From the NCBI GenBank assembly GCA_963807025.1, contig CAWDZT010000010.1, forward strand, positions 25,301 through 89,300: DNA of 64,000 bases, in the 5' to 3' direction. Numbering within the stretch: position 1 is the stretch's first letter; every line of letters starts with the position of its first letter. The position numbers were made by a program, and so were the translations under genes. The notes under the pieces are model-generated. The model was not told the origin of the DNA, made no database searches, and saw nothing but the letters and a program-made list of their open reading frames with translations. This DNA is from an uncultured Candidatus Saccharibacteria bacterium. GTDB lineage: Bacteria; Patescibacteriota; Saccharimonadia; Saccharimonadales; UBA4665. Positions 43,237-54,987 of this stretch are shown piece by piece.

Positions 43237-43258
43237 TGTATACTAACGGAAAGCGCTT

Positions 43259-43945
43259 ATGGCAGAACAACCGATAATCGAGTTAAAAAAGGTCAGCCGC
43301 ATGTATAACCTGGGCGGCGAGACCATATATGCGCTTAATAATGTCGACTTCAAGGTCAAGCAGGGAGAGTACGTATCCATCACGGGATCCAGCGGTTCCG
43401 GCAAATCTACCCTTGTCAACGTCATCAGCGGACTCGACACGCCCACAAAAGGCAGCGTCGTAGTCGGCGGCCGGGACCTATCCAATATGCGCGACGACGC
43501 CCTTTCGGTCTACCGCAACCAAACCATAGGCTTCGTGTTCCAGTCTTTCCATCTTCAGTCGGCCTACAACATACTGGATAACGTTATGCTGCCCTTGGTT
43601 CTGCAGGGCGTAAGCATCCACGAAAGAAAGAAACGCGCCATCGAATATCTGCAGATGGTGGGCCTGGCCAAACGGATGGACCACAAGCCCAGCGAGCTGT
43701 CGAGCGGCCAGCAACAGCTGGCGGCCATAGCCAGAGCCCTGGTAGTACATCCCAAGATCATAATCGCCGACGAGCCTACCGGAAACCTGGATTCCGCCCG
43801 TACTTTCGAGATCTTTCAGCTCCTGCAGAAAATCAACGACCAGGGCACGACCCTGGTGGTAATCACGCATGACCCCAACATGGCCCATCTGGCGGACCGG
43901 ATAGCACAGATGAGCGACGGCAAGCTAACGGAGCTGAAGGTGTAG
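43259..43945 (+). CDS. ABC transporter ATP-binding protein (MacB/LolD-like)
   Basis: Walker A GSSGSGKST, signature LSSGQQQ, Walker B IIIADEPT. Confidence 0.85.
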   Translation: MAEQPIIELKKVSRMYNLGGETIYALNNVDFKVKQGEYVSITGSSGSGKSTLVNVISGLDTPTKGSVVVGGRDLSNMRDDALSVYRNQTIGFVFQSFHLQSAYNILDNVMLPLVLQGVSIHERKKRAIEYLQMVGLAKRMDHKPSELSSGQQQLAAIARALVVHPKIIIADEPTGNLDSARTFEIFQLLQKINDQGTTLVVITHDPNMAHLADRIAQMSDGKLTELKV

Positions 43946-43948
43946 ACC

Positions 43949-45400
43949 ATGGGTGTGCGATCCACCGACTACGTACGGCTGGCTTTCAGGAACATGGTGA
44001 ACCAGAAAGTCGCGCAGTGTGCTGGCCATCCTGGCCATAGTCATAGCCACCACCAGCGTGACCATACTGGTGGCACTGGTCATGGGCACCAAGGGTTTTT
44101 ATTACGACCAGTTCAAGGCCACCGACAAGCTGTCGCAAGTGGTGGTCAACCCCCAACCCGGCCTTAGCTTCGAACAGGCCCAGCAGGGCTCGCCCGTGTC
44201 AGAGCTGTACCAAACTGACCAACGACCTGGCACAGCAGATCTCGTCGATCAGGCATGTCGTCGGCATAAGCCCGACGGCCAACGTGAACATCTTTGAATC
44301 GGCTACGTTGGACGGCCACAAACAGACCGACCACGGCACCAAGAGTTACGCGCCGAACGGGATTATCAAGCATATATTCGTGGCCGGCAATGATTTTGGG
44401 TCCGACAGTGGCGCCGGACAAGATCATCATCGGCCAGCATTACGCCGACAAATGGGGCTACAAGCAAAGATACGGGGACATAATCGGCAAACAGGTCGAA
44501 CTTACTACCGGCAGCGACTTCACCGGCCAGGGCGCTACCCTGCCCAAACCGCTCATCCAGTTCAAGAAGTGCCAGAACGGCTGCCAGGCCGATGAGATAG
44601 CGGGCCAGCAGAAGCCCAGCACACTTAAAGCGACCATAGTAGGCGTAGAATCCGATGATAGCGACGCCTTGTTCGTACCCCTTAAATGGGCCCAGGGCCT
44701 GCTAAAGAACCAGTTCTACGAGATTACCAAAGCCCGACCAGGCGACCTACATACAGGCCTACACGACCTGGAAGTACGGCGACCAGCAAGGGGCGGAGAA
44801 CCGACGCCGCACTTTACCCTGGCATCGGATAGTCTGCTGGCCAGAAACGGTTATTCTACCTTAGTAATCAAGGTCGATAACCCAGACAACGCCGAAGCCG
44901 TAGCCAAGCAGATACGCCGGTTAGGCATCGGCGCCGTCACCGCCAACAGCTACGTCAACGACCAATTGCAGGTCTTCAACGTGATCAGCTTCATCCTGGC
45001 CGGCATCGGCAGTATAGCGCTGGTAGTGGCCGCCATAGGCATCGTCAACACCATGGTGATGGCCGTGCTGGAGCGGACGCGCGAAATCGGCATCATCCGG
45101 GCGATTGGCGGCAAGCGTTCCACCGTGCGCCGCCTGTTCACCGTCGAAGCTTCCATGCTCGGCTTCCTGGGCGGCGCAATCGGTATAGGCCTGGGCTACG
45201 GGCTCATATTGCTAGCCAATATCTTCATAAATGAACAGCTGGCAACCAATGCCGTGATAGGCCGGAACATAATCCACTTGCCTATATGGCTCATCTTCAC
45301 CGTGGTAGGGTCCACCACCCTTATAGGCATGTTGGCCGGCCTGTATCCGGCCAACAGGGCCGCCAAACTGAACCCAGTGGAGGCTCTGCGGCACGAGTAG
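43949..45400 (+). CDS. ABC transporter permease, FtsX/MacB-like (about 3 frame pieces)
   Basis: N-terminal TM segment, a large periplasmic-type domain, and a C-terminal FtsX fold (RTREIGIIRAIGGKRSTV... 3 TM) in ORF 44294..45400. Confidence 0.75.
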
Positions 45401-45406
45401 GCCCTG

Positions 45407-46175
45407 TTAGCTGACTACGGTCAGGATTTCGGCGCCGTCTTCGGTAATGAGCACCGTGTGCTCGAAGTGGGCGGACCGTTTGCTGTCGTTGGTAAGCACC
45501 GTCCAGCCGTCGGGAGCCATGTGCACCTTCTCGGTTCCCAGCGTGACCATGGGTTCAATGGCGATGGTCATGCCCTTGGACAGCCACGGACCGGTGCCTT
45601 TGCTGACCATAATTGGGGATGTTAGGGTCTTCGTGTACCTGGTGGCCGACGCCGTGCCCGACCAGGTCGCGCACGATGCCGTAATGGCGGCCTTTGAGCT
45701 TGGTGAGCGAGTCCTGGATAGCGGCGCCGATGTCGCCGGTGCGCACCTGGTCGTGCACGGCGGCGATGCCGGCTTCCATGGCCTTCTTGGTGTCTTCCAG
45801 GAGCCTTATGTGCCCCCGGGTCTTAGGCTTGCCGGCTATGACGCTTATGGCCGAATCGGTAATCATGCCGTTATAGGTGACGCCGAAGTCCAGGCCGACG
45901 ATGTCGCCGTCGGCAATCATACGGTTCGGGTGCGGTATGCCATGGACGACTTCGTCGTTAAGCGATATGCAGATGACGTCCGGGAAGCCCTGGTAGCCCT
46001 TGAAACTGGGGATGCCGCCGAGCTTCTCCAGTTCTTTCGCCGCGATCACGGCCAGGTCCTTGGTGGACATGCCCGGTTCCACCTTCTTCGTAAGCATGTC
46101 CAGTACCGTAGCCAGCATGCGTCCGCCTTCGCGCATGGCGGCGATCTCCGATTTGGTTTTTACGCGTGTGGTCAT
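45407..46175 (-). CDS. map: type I methionine aminopeptidase (frameshift near 45600)
   Basis: EVVHGIPH, DFGVTYNG, GHGVGHQVHEDP, and after the shift AIEPMV...HFEHTVLIT. Confidence 0.85.
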
Positions 46176-46690
46176 AGGTGCTTGATTATGTCGGTGTTGA
46201 CCTCTTCAGGGGTGCGCTCGGCATTGATTTCGAGGACTTTGACGCCGTGCTTGGACAGCCATTCGATAAGCGGCGCGGTGGAGCGTTCATATTCGTTGAA
46301 ACGCTCTTCTATGGCCGATTCGACGTCATCGATACGGGCGCGCTTCATCAGGCGGTTCTTCACGGCTTCGCGCGAGGCTACCAGATGGAAAGCGGCCTTA
46401 AGGTCGAACCGGCCGGCTTTGACCTGCTTAATCAGCCACTCGGCTTGGGCCACGGTCCGCGGGAAGCCGTCCATGAGCACTTCTTCCTCGTCGTCCAGCG
46501 ATTCGAGTACCCCGTCGACTATCTTGATGATCTCCTGGTCGTCCAACAGGCCGCCAGCCAGCATCCTTTCGCGCTGTTTACCGGTGACGTACATGCGCAG
46601 GACCTCGCCCATGGATACCAGATGGTAGCCGCGCGTGTCGGCCAGCATCTTCCCCTGGGTGCCCTTGCCCGACCCGGCTATGCCCATCAT
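46172..46690 (-). CDS. adk: adenylate kinase (short, lid-less form)
   Basis: MMGIAGSGKGTQ P-loop and LMDGFPRTVAQAE. The N-terminal part of ORF-track 46172..46789 belongs to the upstream yqeY-like gene in another frame. Confidence 0.8.
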   Translation of the reverse strand: MMGIAGSGKGTQGKMLADTRGYHLVSMGEVLRMYVTGKQRERMLAGGLLDDQEIIKIVDGVLESLDDEEEVLMDGFPRTVAQAEWLIKQVKAGRFDLKAAFHLVASREAVKNRLMKRARIDDVESAIEERFNEYERSTAPLIEWLSKHGVKVLEINAERTPEEVNTDIIKHL

Positions 46691-46695
46691 CAGTA

Positions 46696-47160
46696 TCACT
46701 GCAGTTTCTCCTTGGCTATGCGGGCTATCAGTGGCGCCGTCAGCTGCGGCGCCGGCCTTGCCTTTGACCTGGCCGATCACCTTGCCCATGTCCTGCGGCG
46801 CCGATGGCGGCGGTCTCTTTGATGGCTTCGTCCACCATTGCTGGCTATCTCGGCCTCGCCGAGCTGTTCGGGCAGATATGAATCGATGACGGTCTTTTCG
46901 GTCAGTTCGGCCTCGGCCTTGGCCTGGTTGCCGCCCTGCTTATAAAGATCGGCGCTTTCCTGGCGTTTCTTGGATTCCTTGGTCAGCACGGCCTGGACCT
47001 CTTCGTCGCTCAGACCCGATTCGCGCTTGCCTTTGGCCACCTTCTCGTTCAGCAATACGGCCTTGAGCGTGCGCAAGGTGGTGGCGCGCACCTTGTCGCC
47101 GGACAACAGGGCGTCCTTGATATCCTGTTCCAGCTTCTGCTCTAGCGTGAGGTCCGGCAT
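46696..47160 (-). CDS. GatB/YqeY domain protein (frameshifted C-terminus)
   Basis: MPDLTLEQKLEQDIKDALLSGDKVRATTLRTLKAVLLNEKV and MGKVIGQVKGKAG... are typical of the YqeY family. Confidence 0.7.
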
Positions 47161-47209
47161 GTTAATCCGCGGCTACCTCAAGCCTAGCGGATGCCGAGCT
47201 TGATCTTCT

Positions 47210-47398
47210 TTAGTTTGAGGCCTTCCTATGCTGGCGGATGATGGCCTTCTTGCGGCGCTCCGGCTTGCTGGGCGGCTTCTGAAAATGCTGGTTCTGCTTG
47301 ACGATGGCGATGGCGCCGGATTGCTGGACCTTGCGGTTGAACCTCCGCAGGAGGTTCTCAGTCGATTCTTTGCCGTCTTTGCGGGTCACTTGTATCAT
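47210..47398 (-). CDS. rpsU: 30S ribosomal protein S21
   Basis: 62-aa basic ORF. VTRKDGKESTENLLRRFNRKVQQSG is typical of S21. Confidence 0.85.
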   Translation of the reverse strand: MIQVTRKDGKESTENLLRRFNRKVQQSGAIAIVKQNQHFQKPPSKPERRKKAIIRQHRKASN

Positions 47399-47441
47399 AG
47401 GTTGGCTATTGTACTACAACAGAGGTTAAATTTGCAACTCT

Positions 47442-47732
47442 TTAGCTGGATATCCGCTTTTGCTGGTTAGCGCGTTGTGATTTCAACACTATACTTTGGA
47501 GCTCACGGAAGATCGGGAACTGTTTATTGGTGGAATATACTTTGGTGTTGCCCTGGCGTTCGCTGGTCAGGAATCCGACCTTCTCGAGCCGCTTAAGTTC
47601 ACGCTGGATGTTGCCGGCGTCCTCTTTGATAAGCTTGGCCAGCCCCCGTACATGGGTCTTAAAATCAGGGTATTTGGCATAGATGACGATGATCTTGCGC
47701 CTCACCCGTGATGTTATGAATACGTCCAGCAT
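47442..47732 (-). CDS. winged helix-turn-helix transcriptional regulator (ArsR-like)
   Basis: 96-aa ORF. HVRGLAKLIKEDAGNIQRELKRLEKVGFLTSERQGN has an HTH-plus-wing pattern. Confidence 0.5.
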   Translation of the reverse strand: MLDVFITSRVRRKIIVIYAKYPDFKTHVRGLAKLIKEDAGNIQRELKRLEKVGFLTSERQGNTKVYSTNKQFPIFRELQSIVLKSQRANQQKRISS

Positions 47733-48056
47733 TTAAAACTTGCCTCTAAGCATTATTGTTATCCAAACAACGTTGATAAGTAGTATAGCGTCCGAAATAA
47801 AATTTGGCAACAATCTTTTTGAATTACTTTTTTAATTAAGCCCGGTGGCTTTAATCGGCCACGAATGATCGATATGCGTCCTCAGGGGGTTTATGTCGAG
47901 TGTAACGTTACAATGGTACTGCTACATTGTACTTACACCTTCGGATTAAGAGCAGAGTGGCATGAGTCTAGCCGGCAGCAGGTGCCGGCCAACGGCTTCG
48001 GCAAGCGCGATTGAAGCGGTCCTGCATGACGAGCATGCCTATGCCCGGCGAGTACA

Positions 48057-48422
48057 TCAACAGCAGGATATATGAGCGTGTTGTCTGCGCTCGGTGCCGG
48101 TCACGCGCTCGACGGCCTCGCAGTAAGGCACCAGCCACCTCAGGCTGAACCAATAGATAGCCGCCAGCACCGACAGGCAGACGAAGAATATCAGCAGACT
48201 TCTGAGCTGGTGGCCGCCTTCGTAGTAGCTGTCTACGGCCTGGCGGCAGGCCGGATCCGTATCGTACCGGCCTATGCAGGCAGCCGGCGGCTTCTCGACG
48301 GCGGGGCGAGGCTTCACGGCTATATACAGATTCCAGGCCGCCAGCAGGAAGACGGCCACGGCCAGGAGCCTGAGTAATACCAGCTTCCCCACGCCCGGTA
48401 TACGGCGCCGGCTGAGCCGCAA
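48057..48422 (-). CDS. hypothetical membrane protein
   Basis: 121-aa ORF with two hydrophobic segments. It overlaps other-frame ORFs, so the call is weak. Confidence 0.3.
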   Translation of the reverse strand: MRLSRRRIPGVGKLVLLRLLAVAVFLLAAWNLYIAVKPRPAVEKPPAACIGRYDTDPACRQAVDSYYEGGHQLRSLLIFFVCLSVLAAIYWFSLRWLVPYCEAVERVTGTERRQHAHISCC

Positions 48423-48549
48423 TCAGTTCCTTACGGTCGTGAGCGACAACCACCGGAACTCGTACAGTCCCAGGGTCAATAGATTAAATGCGACGATTTT
48501 CACCAGCGATCTTTGCTTCACGCCTACCAGTTTAGCCTATACTGAAAGC

Positions 48550-50491
48550 ATGCACTACTATTCGGTACTGGTGAGGAGCAGCCGCTACCACGGCAAGGAG
48601 GCGCTGACATACGCCTCGGAGAAGCGTCTGGGGCGCGGCCGGATCGTGCGCGTCCAGCTCCAGCAACACACTGTCCTGGGCATCGTAGCGGATACCGCCG
48701 GCAAGCCCCGCTTCAAGACCAAGGCCATCACGGAAGCGTTGGATCTGCCGCCTCTGCCGGCGCATCTGCTCAAGCTAGCGGAATGGCTGTCCGCCTATTA
48801 CCCGGCGCCCCTGGGACTGATTGCCCAGCAGTTACTGCCGGCGAACTTTCCCGCCAAACTGCCCGGGACCAAACCGCCCGGCGCCGGCCCGGCCAAGCCG
48901 GACCTGGGCGATCTGCCGTCGCCCACCAAGGAGCAGAAGGCCGCCCTCAAAGCCATGGAGGGACGCAATACCTACCTTCTGCACGGTGTGACCGGCAGCG
49001 GCAAGACCAGGCTTTATATAGAATTGGCCGCCAAAGCCGTGAGCGGCGGCAGATCCGCCATCATCCTGACCCCCGAGATCAGCCTGACCTCACAGCTGGC
49101 CGCTCGTTTCCGAGAAGTCTTCGGCGACAGGGTGGTCGTACTGCACTCCAAACAGACCCCGGCGGAGCGCCGAAACGCCTGGCTGGACATCTTAAGATCA
49201 GACGGGCCGTCGGTCGTCATTGGGCCGAGGTCGGCCCTGTTCAGTCCGGTCAAGGACCCCGGCCTCATAGTGCTCGATGAAGCCCACGAAGCCGCTTACA
49301 AGCAGGAACAGGCCCCTCAGTATCAGGCTGGCCGCGTAGCCGCCTACCTAGCAGGCGCTACCCGGGCGACGCTAGTGCTGGGTTCTGCCACACCTTCGGT
49401 CAGCGATTATTATCTGGCTGAGCAGAAAGGCCGACCGGTAATCAGGCTCACCGAACTGGCCCGCGAACACAGCCATGCCGCCACCAGAGTAAGCGTGGTG
49501 GACCGCAAGGACCATTCCCTGTTCAGCCGCTCGCCTTACCTGAGCCTGGAGCTAGTAAAGGCCGTGGAAGCCGCGCTGGCCAAGGGTGAGCAGAGCCTAC
49601 TGTACCTGAACCGGCGCGGCACGGCCCGCCTGGTGCTGTGCGAGAACTGCGGCTGGCAGGCGGCCTGTCCGCACTGCGACGTGCCGCTCACCTACCACGG
49701 CGACCGCCACGAACTACGCTGCCACAGCTGTAATTACCACGCCAAGGCGCCTGCCAGCTGTCCTGAATGCGGCCATCCGGACATAATGTTCAAGACCGCC
49801 GGCACCAAGGCCATCGCCGACGAGGTCAAGCGTCTTTGGCCGCAGGCCCGCATAGGCCGTTTTGACACGGATAACCCGCAGCGCCGAACGCTTCGAACAG
49901 CAGTACGAAGCCGTTGCCAAAGGCGACGTGGACGTGCTGGTAGGCACCCAGATGCTGGCCAAGGGCCTGGACCTGCCGCGCCTTAGCACCCTGGGCGTCC
50001 TGCTGGCCGATACCAGCCTGTACATGCCCGACTTCTCGGCCGAGGAACGCACCTTCCAGCTCATAAGCCAAGTGCTGGGCCGAATCGGCCGCGGACATGT
50101 CGCCGGGCACGCCGTAATCCAGACCTACCACCCGGACCACCCCGTCATCAAGGCCGCCGTAAAAGGCAATTATGAGGGCTTTTATAAGACCGAGCTGGCC
50201 TCGCGCAAGCAATTCGTATTCCCGCCGTTCTGCTACCTGCTAAAACTGACCGTGCGCCGCGCCAGCATCGATGCCGCCCGTACGGCCGCCGAAACTCTTA
50301 AATCAGATATAGAGGAGTCCGGTGCACACGTGCGCATAGAAGGCCCCGCACCGTCGTTCTACGAGCGTCTTCAGAACAAATACCAATGGCAACTGGTGGT
50401 CAAATCCCGCCAGCGCCCCGAATTACTCAAGATAATCGAGGACCTGCCCTCCGGCTGGTCCTACGACATCGACCCCCTAGACCTGCTTTAA
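48550..50491 (+). CDS. priA: primosomal protein N' (PriA helicase; frameshift near 49880)
   Basis: Walker A GVTGSGKT, VLDEAHE, a Cys4 zinc-binding region (CENCGWQAACPHCD...CHSCNY...CPECG), and C-terminal helicase motifs in ORF 49862..50491. Confidence 0.85.
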
Positions 50492-50517
50492 AAAAACAGG
50501 GTATACTTGACCAGAGT

Positions 50518-51090
50518 ATGACCAAAGAAGACATCATCGCCCTGCCGAACCCCCACCTCAGGCAGAAATCCAAGCGTGTAGGCATCATAACCGGCGATAT
50601 AAAGCGGATAGTCGAGGATATGCAGGAGGCTACGCTGGACTGGGACGCCAGCCGCGCCCACGAGACCGGGGTGGCACTGGCCGCCGTCCAGATCGACCGG
50701 CTTTATAAGATAGTGGTAGTGCGCGATGACTACGGCGACAAGGACAACCACGACTTCACGGTGTTCATCAATCCGGAGATAACCAAGCTGGAGGGCGAGA
50801 TCAAGGCCGACTTCGAGGGGTGCCTGAGCGTACCCGACGTGTACGGCAAGGTGCCGCGGCACACCAAGGTCAAGGTGAAGGCGCTCGACCTGAACGGCAA
50901 ACAGTTCCGCGTGACGGCCGAGGGCTTCCTGGCGCGCATCTTCCAGCACGAGATCGACCACTGCAACGGCACGGTGTTCGTCGACCGCATCAAGGGCGAC
51001 CCGGAAGCTTTCTATCACCTTGGCAAGGACGGCAAACTGGAACCGCTGGATTATGAAAAAGATGTCAAAGACAATAGTATTCTTTGGTAG
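50518..51090 (+). CDS. def: peptide deformylase
   Basis: GVALAAVQI, EGCLS and HEIDH motifs. Confidence 0.9.
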   Translation: MTKEDIIALPNPHLRQKSKRVGIITGDIKRIVEDMQEATLDWDASRAHETGVALAAVQIDRLYKIVVVRDDYGDKDNHDFTVFINPEITKLEGEIKADFEGCLSVPDVYGKVPRHTKVKVKALDLNGKQFRVTAEGFLARIFQHEIDHCNGTVFVDRIKGDPEAFYHLGKDGKLEPLDYEKDVKDNSILW

Positions 51091-51954
51091 CGGCCCGGTA
51101 GCCGCCGCCAGCCTGCGCCTGCTGGCCCGCGACTTCGAGGTCGAAGCGGTGGTCACCAAGCCGCGCCCGCCCCATCATAAATACCCCTTCCCTGTGCTGG
51201 CGCTGGCCGAAGAGCTGGGCCTGAAGACCTTCACCGCCAGCAGCACCAAAGAGGCCTCCAAGCTGTTCGCGGACCAGTCCGTTCAAGAGCGAACTGGGCG
51301 TGATCATCGACCACGGCATCATCCTGGCGCCCGACGTCATCAATTACTTCCCTTTCGGTATCGTGAACAGCCACTTTTCCCTTCTGCCGCTTTGGAAAGG
51401 CCCCGACCCCATAAGTGCCGTCATCCTGAACGGCGACCGCGAAACAGGGGTCAGCCTGATGCTCATAGCCAAAAAGCTGGACCAGGGCCGGCTTATAGCC
51501 CAGGAACGGGTACCGGTTCCCGGCGACATCACGACCCCTGGGCTGACAGACCGGCTGATATCCGCCAGCCATGACCTTTTGGTAAAGACGCTGCCCGCGC
51601 TACGTCGCCGGCCAGGTACAGCCCTACCCCCAACCCGACATAAAGCCGACGTTCTCGCGCAAGCTTTCGAAGGCGGACGGCGCTGTTGACTGGTCGAAGC
51701 CGGCCCTGCGCTTGGAACGCGAAGTGCGAGCCTATGCCGACTGGCCGAAGAGCCACGCGAAGCTAGGTGCCACCGACGTGATAATCACCAAGGCACGCGC
51801 CGTTGACGAAGATTTTCAACCCGGCTCGATACACGCCGAGAATAAACGTCTAATGGTCGGTGCCGGTAAGGGCTCTTTGGAAATCATGGAGCTGAAACCG
51901 GCCGGCAAGCGCGAGATGACAGCCGCGGCCTTCCTGGCCGGCCACAAATTCTAA
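51053..51954 (+). CDS. fmt: methionyl-tRNA formyltransferase (2 frameshifts, near 51290 and 51600)
   Basis: IVFFGSGPVAAASL start, NSHFSLLPLWKGPDPI motif, and a C-terminal domain in ORF 51712..51954. It overlaps the end of def. Confidence 0.85.
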
Positions 51955-51963
51955 CCATTCGTT

Positions 51964-52377
51964 GCAGATATGACATTCCCTAACAGGGGTGATTCTATGT
52001 CAACATGTAGCTCGACGTTTTTAGGGTTAGGAGTAAGGTATATGTTAAAGCGTACCTTGCGGCTTGTTAGCGGTTTTGTTTAAGGGGGAGGTTAGCAGAG
52101 TCCGAGTGGTTTTAGCGCTGGCCGGGTGGTTGCGCGGCAGGGTCTTAGCGCCAAGTAGCCCTGACTGTAAGTGTAAGTAGGACCATGCAGGAATCTAGTA
52201 GGATCCTCCTTTCATCATCCATTAAACATACCCTTAGCATACCTATGGTTAGGCATACGGTATTACATGGGTACCCGGCTTACGCCCATGGGGCTATGCA
52301 TACATAACGCCTGGAGGTCAAAAACGTCGAGCTACATGTTGACATGTTGTAACAGAGGGCAGGAATGTCATATCTGC
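51964..52377. repeat. MITE-like element, copy 3 (longest, 414 bp), between the convergent fmt and DUF5663-like genes
   Basis: gcagatatgacattccctaacaggggtgattctatgtcaacatgtagctcgacgttttt ... aaaaacgtcgagctacatgttgacatgttgtaacagagggcaggaatgtcatatctgc. No ORF of 60 aa or more inside. Confidence 0.7.
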
Positions 52378-52385
52378 AACGATCA

Positions 52386-53095
52386 CTAAACTAAATGGCT
52401 ACTGACTGGGCTGGGGCCTGCCGGAGGCTGTTGCGGAGGGAGTGGCGGCTGCGGAGCAGGATCAGGTTGCGGGGGTAGCGGAGCCGGTTGGGCCGGCGAT
52501 TGAGGATTAAAAGGTGGCTGTGTGGCCGGGCCAGGGGCCGGTGACGAACCAGGCAGGGGCTGGGTAGGAGGCGGCGCAAGGCCGGGACCTGGAGCAGGCG
52601 GCGGAGACGGAGCCGGTTGCGATTGTGGTTGAGGCGGTGCGGCTGGAGGACCCGCAGATGGTGTCTGCTCCGGCGCTTGTGGCGCTTGTGGCGCAGGAAC
52701 GCCAGTGGTACCGACTGCGGGAGCACCCGAGGGAGCGCCCGGCATTCCGGCAGGAGCCTGGCCCTGGCCGGCTTGGCCGGCCGCCGCCTTATCTTGAGAA
52801 GCGGCCAATATCTGGGGCGCGGTCTGGGCGACTTCGGCCTTGAGCTTGTCGAATTCCTGCTGGACTATCTCTTTGTAGTTAGGGAAGTTGGCTTCCAGCC
52901 ACTTGAAAGCGCCGGCATCGTCCTTGGCCTCGAAGTATTTCTCGAATTCGTCCAACTGCTGGTTGGTCATCTGATCGGCCAGGCGGATACCCACGCGCAT
53001 CTCGAGTGTCTCGTAGATGTGCTTTAAGAAGCTGTTCTTCTCTGAAGCCGGCAATGATGCCAGTCCCACTTCTTCCAGCAAGCTATTATCAATCT

Positions 53096-53102
<7 letters not shown>
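52386..53102 (-). CDS. DUF5663-like protein with long Pro/Ala/Gln-rich C-terminal tail
   Basis: The N-terminal 100 aa (LLEEVGLASLPASEKNSFLKHIYETLEMRVG) resemble a domain I recall from Saccharibacteria-type genomes. The tail is low-complexity. Confidence 0.5.
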
Positions 53103-54937
<1,835 letters not shown>

Positions 54938-54952
54938 CGACACTCCTTTCCG

Positions 54953-54980
54953 CCCAGCACCTTTGTCCAAAGGTGCTGGG
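54953..54980. repeat. minimal hairpin CCCAGCACCTTT-gtcc-AAAGGTGCTGGG in the rpsA-infB spacer
   Basis: Perfect 12-bp stem with a 4-nt loop and no U-run. It lies 8 nt after the rpsA stop and 16 nt before the infB ATG. Confidence 0.7.
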
Positions 54981-54987
54981 CCGATCC

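Noticed and set aside
52386-52760. Tandem DNA repeat or contingency locus in the Pro-rich tail
   Set aside because: This is low-complexity coding sequence (PAPQ-rich) without a regular nucleotide period. The alternative-frame ORFs here are artefacts.
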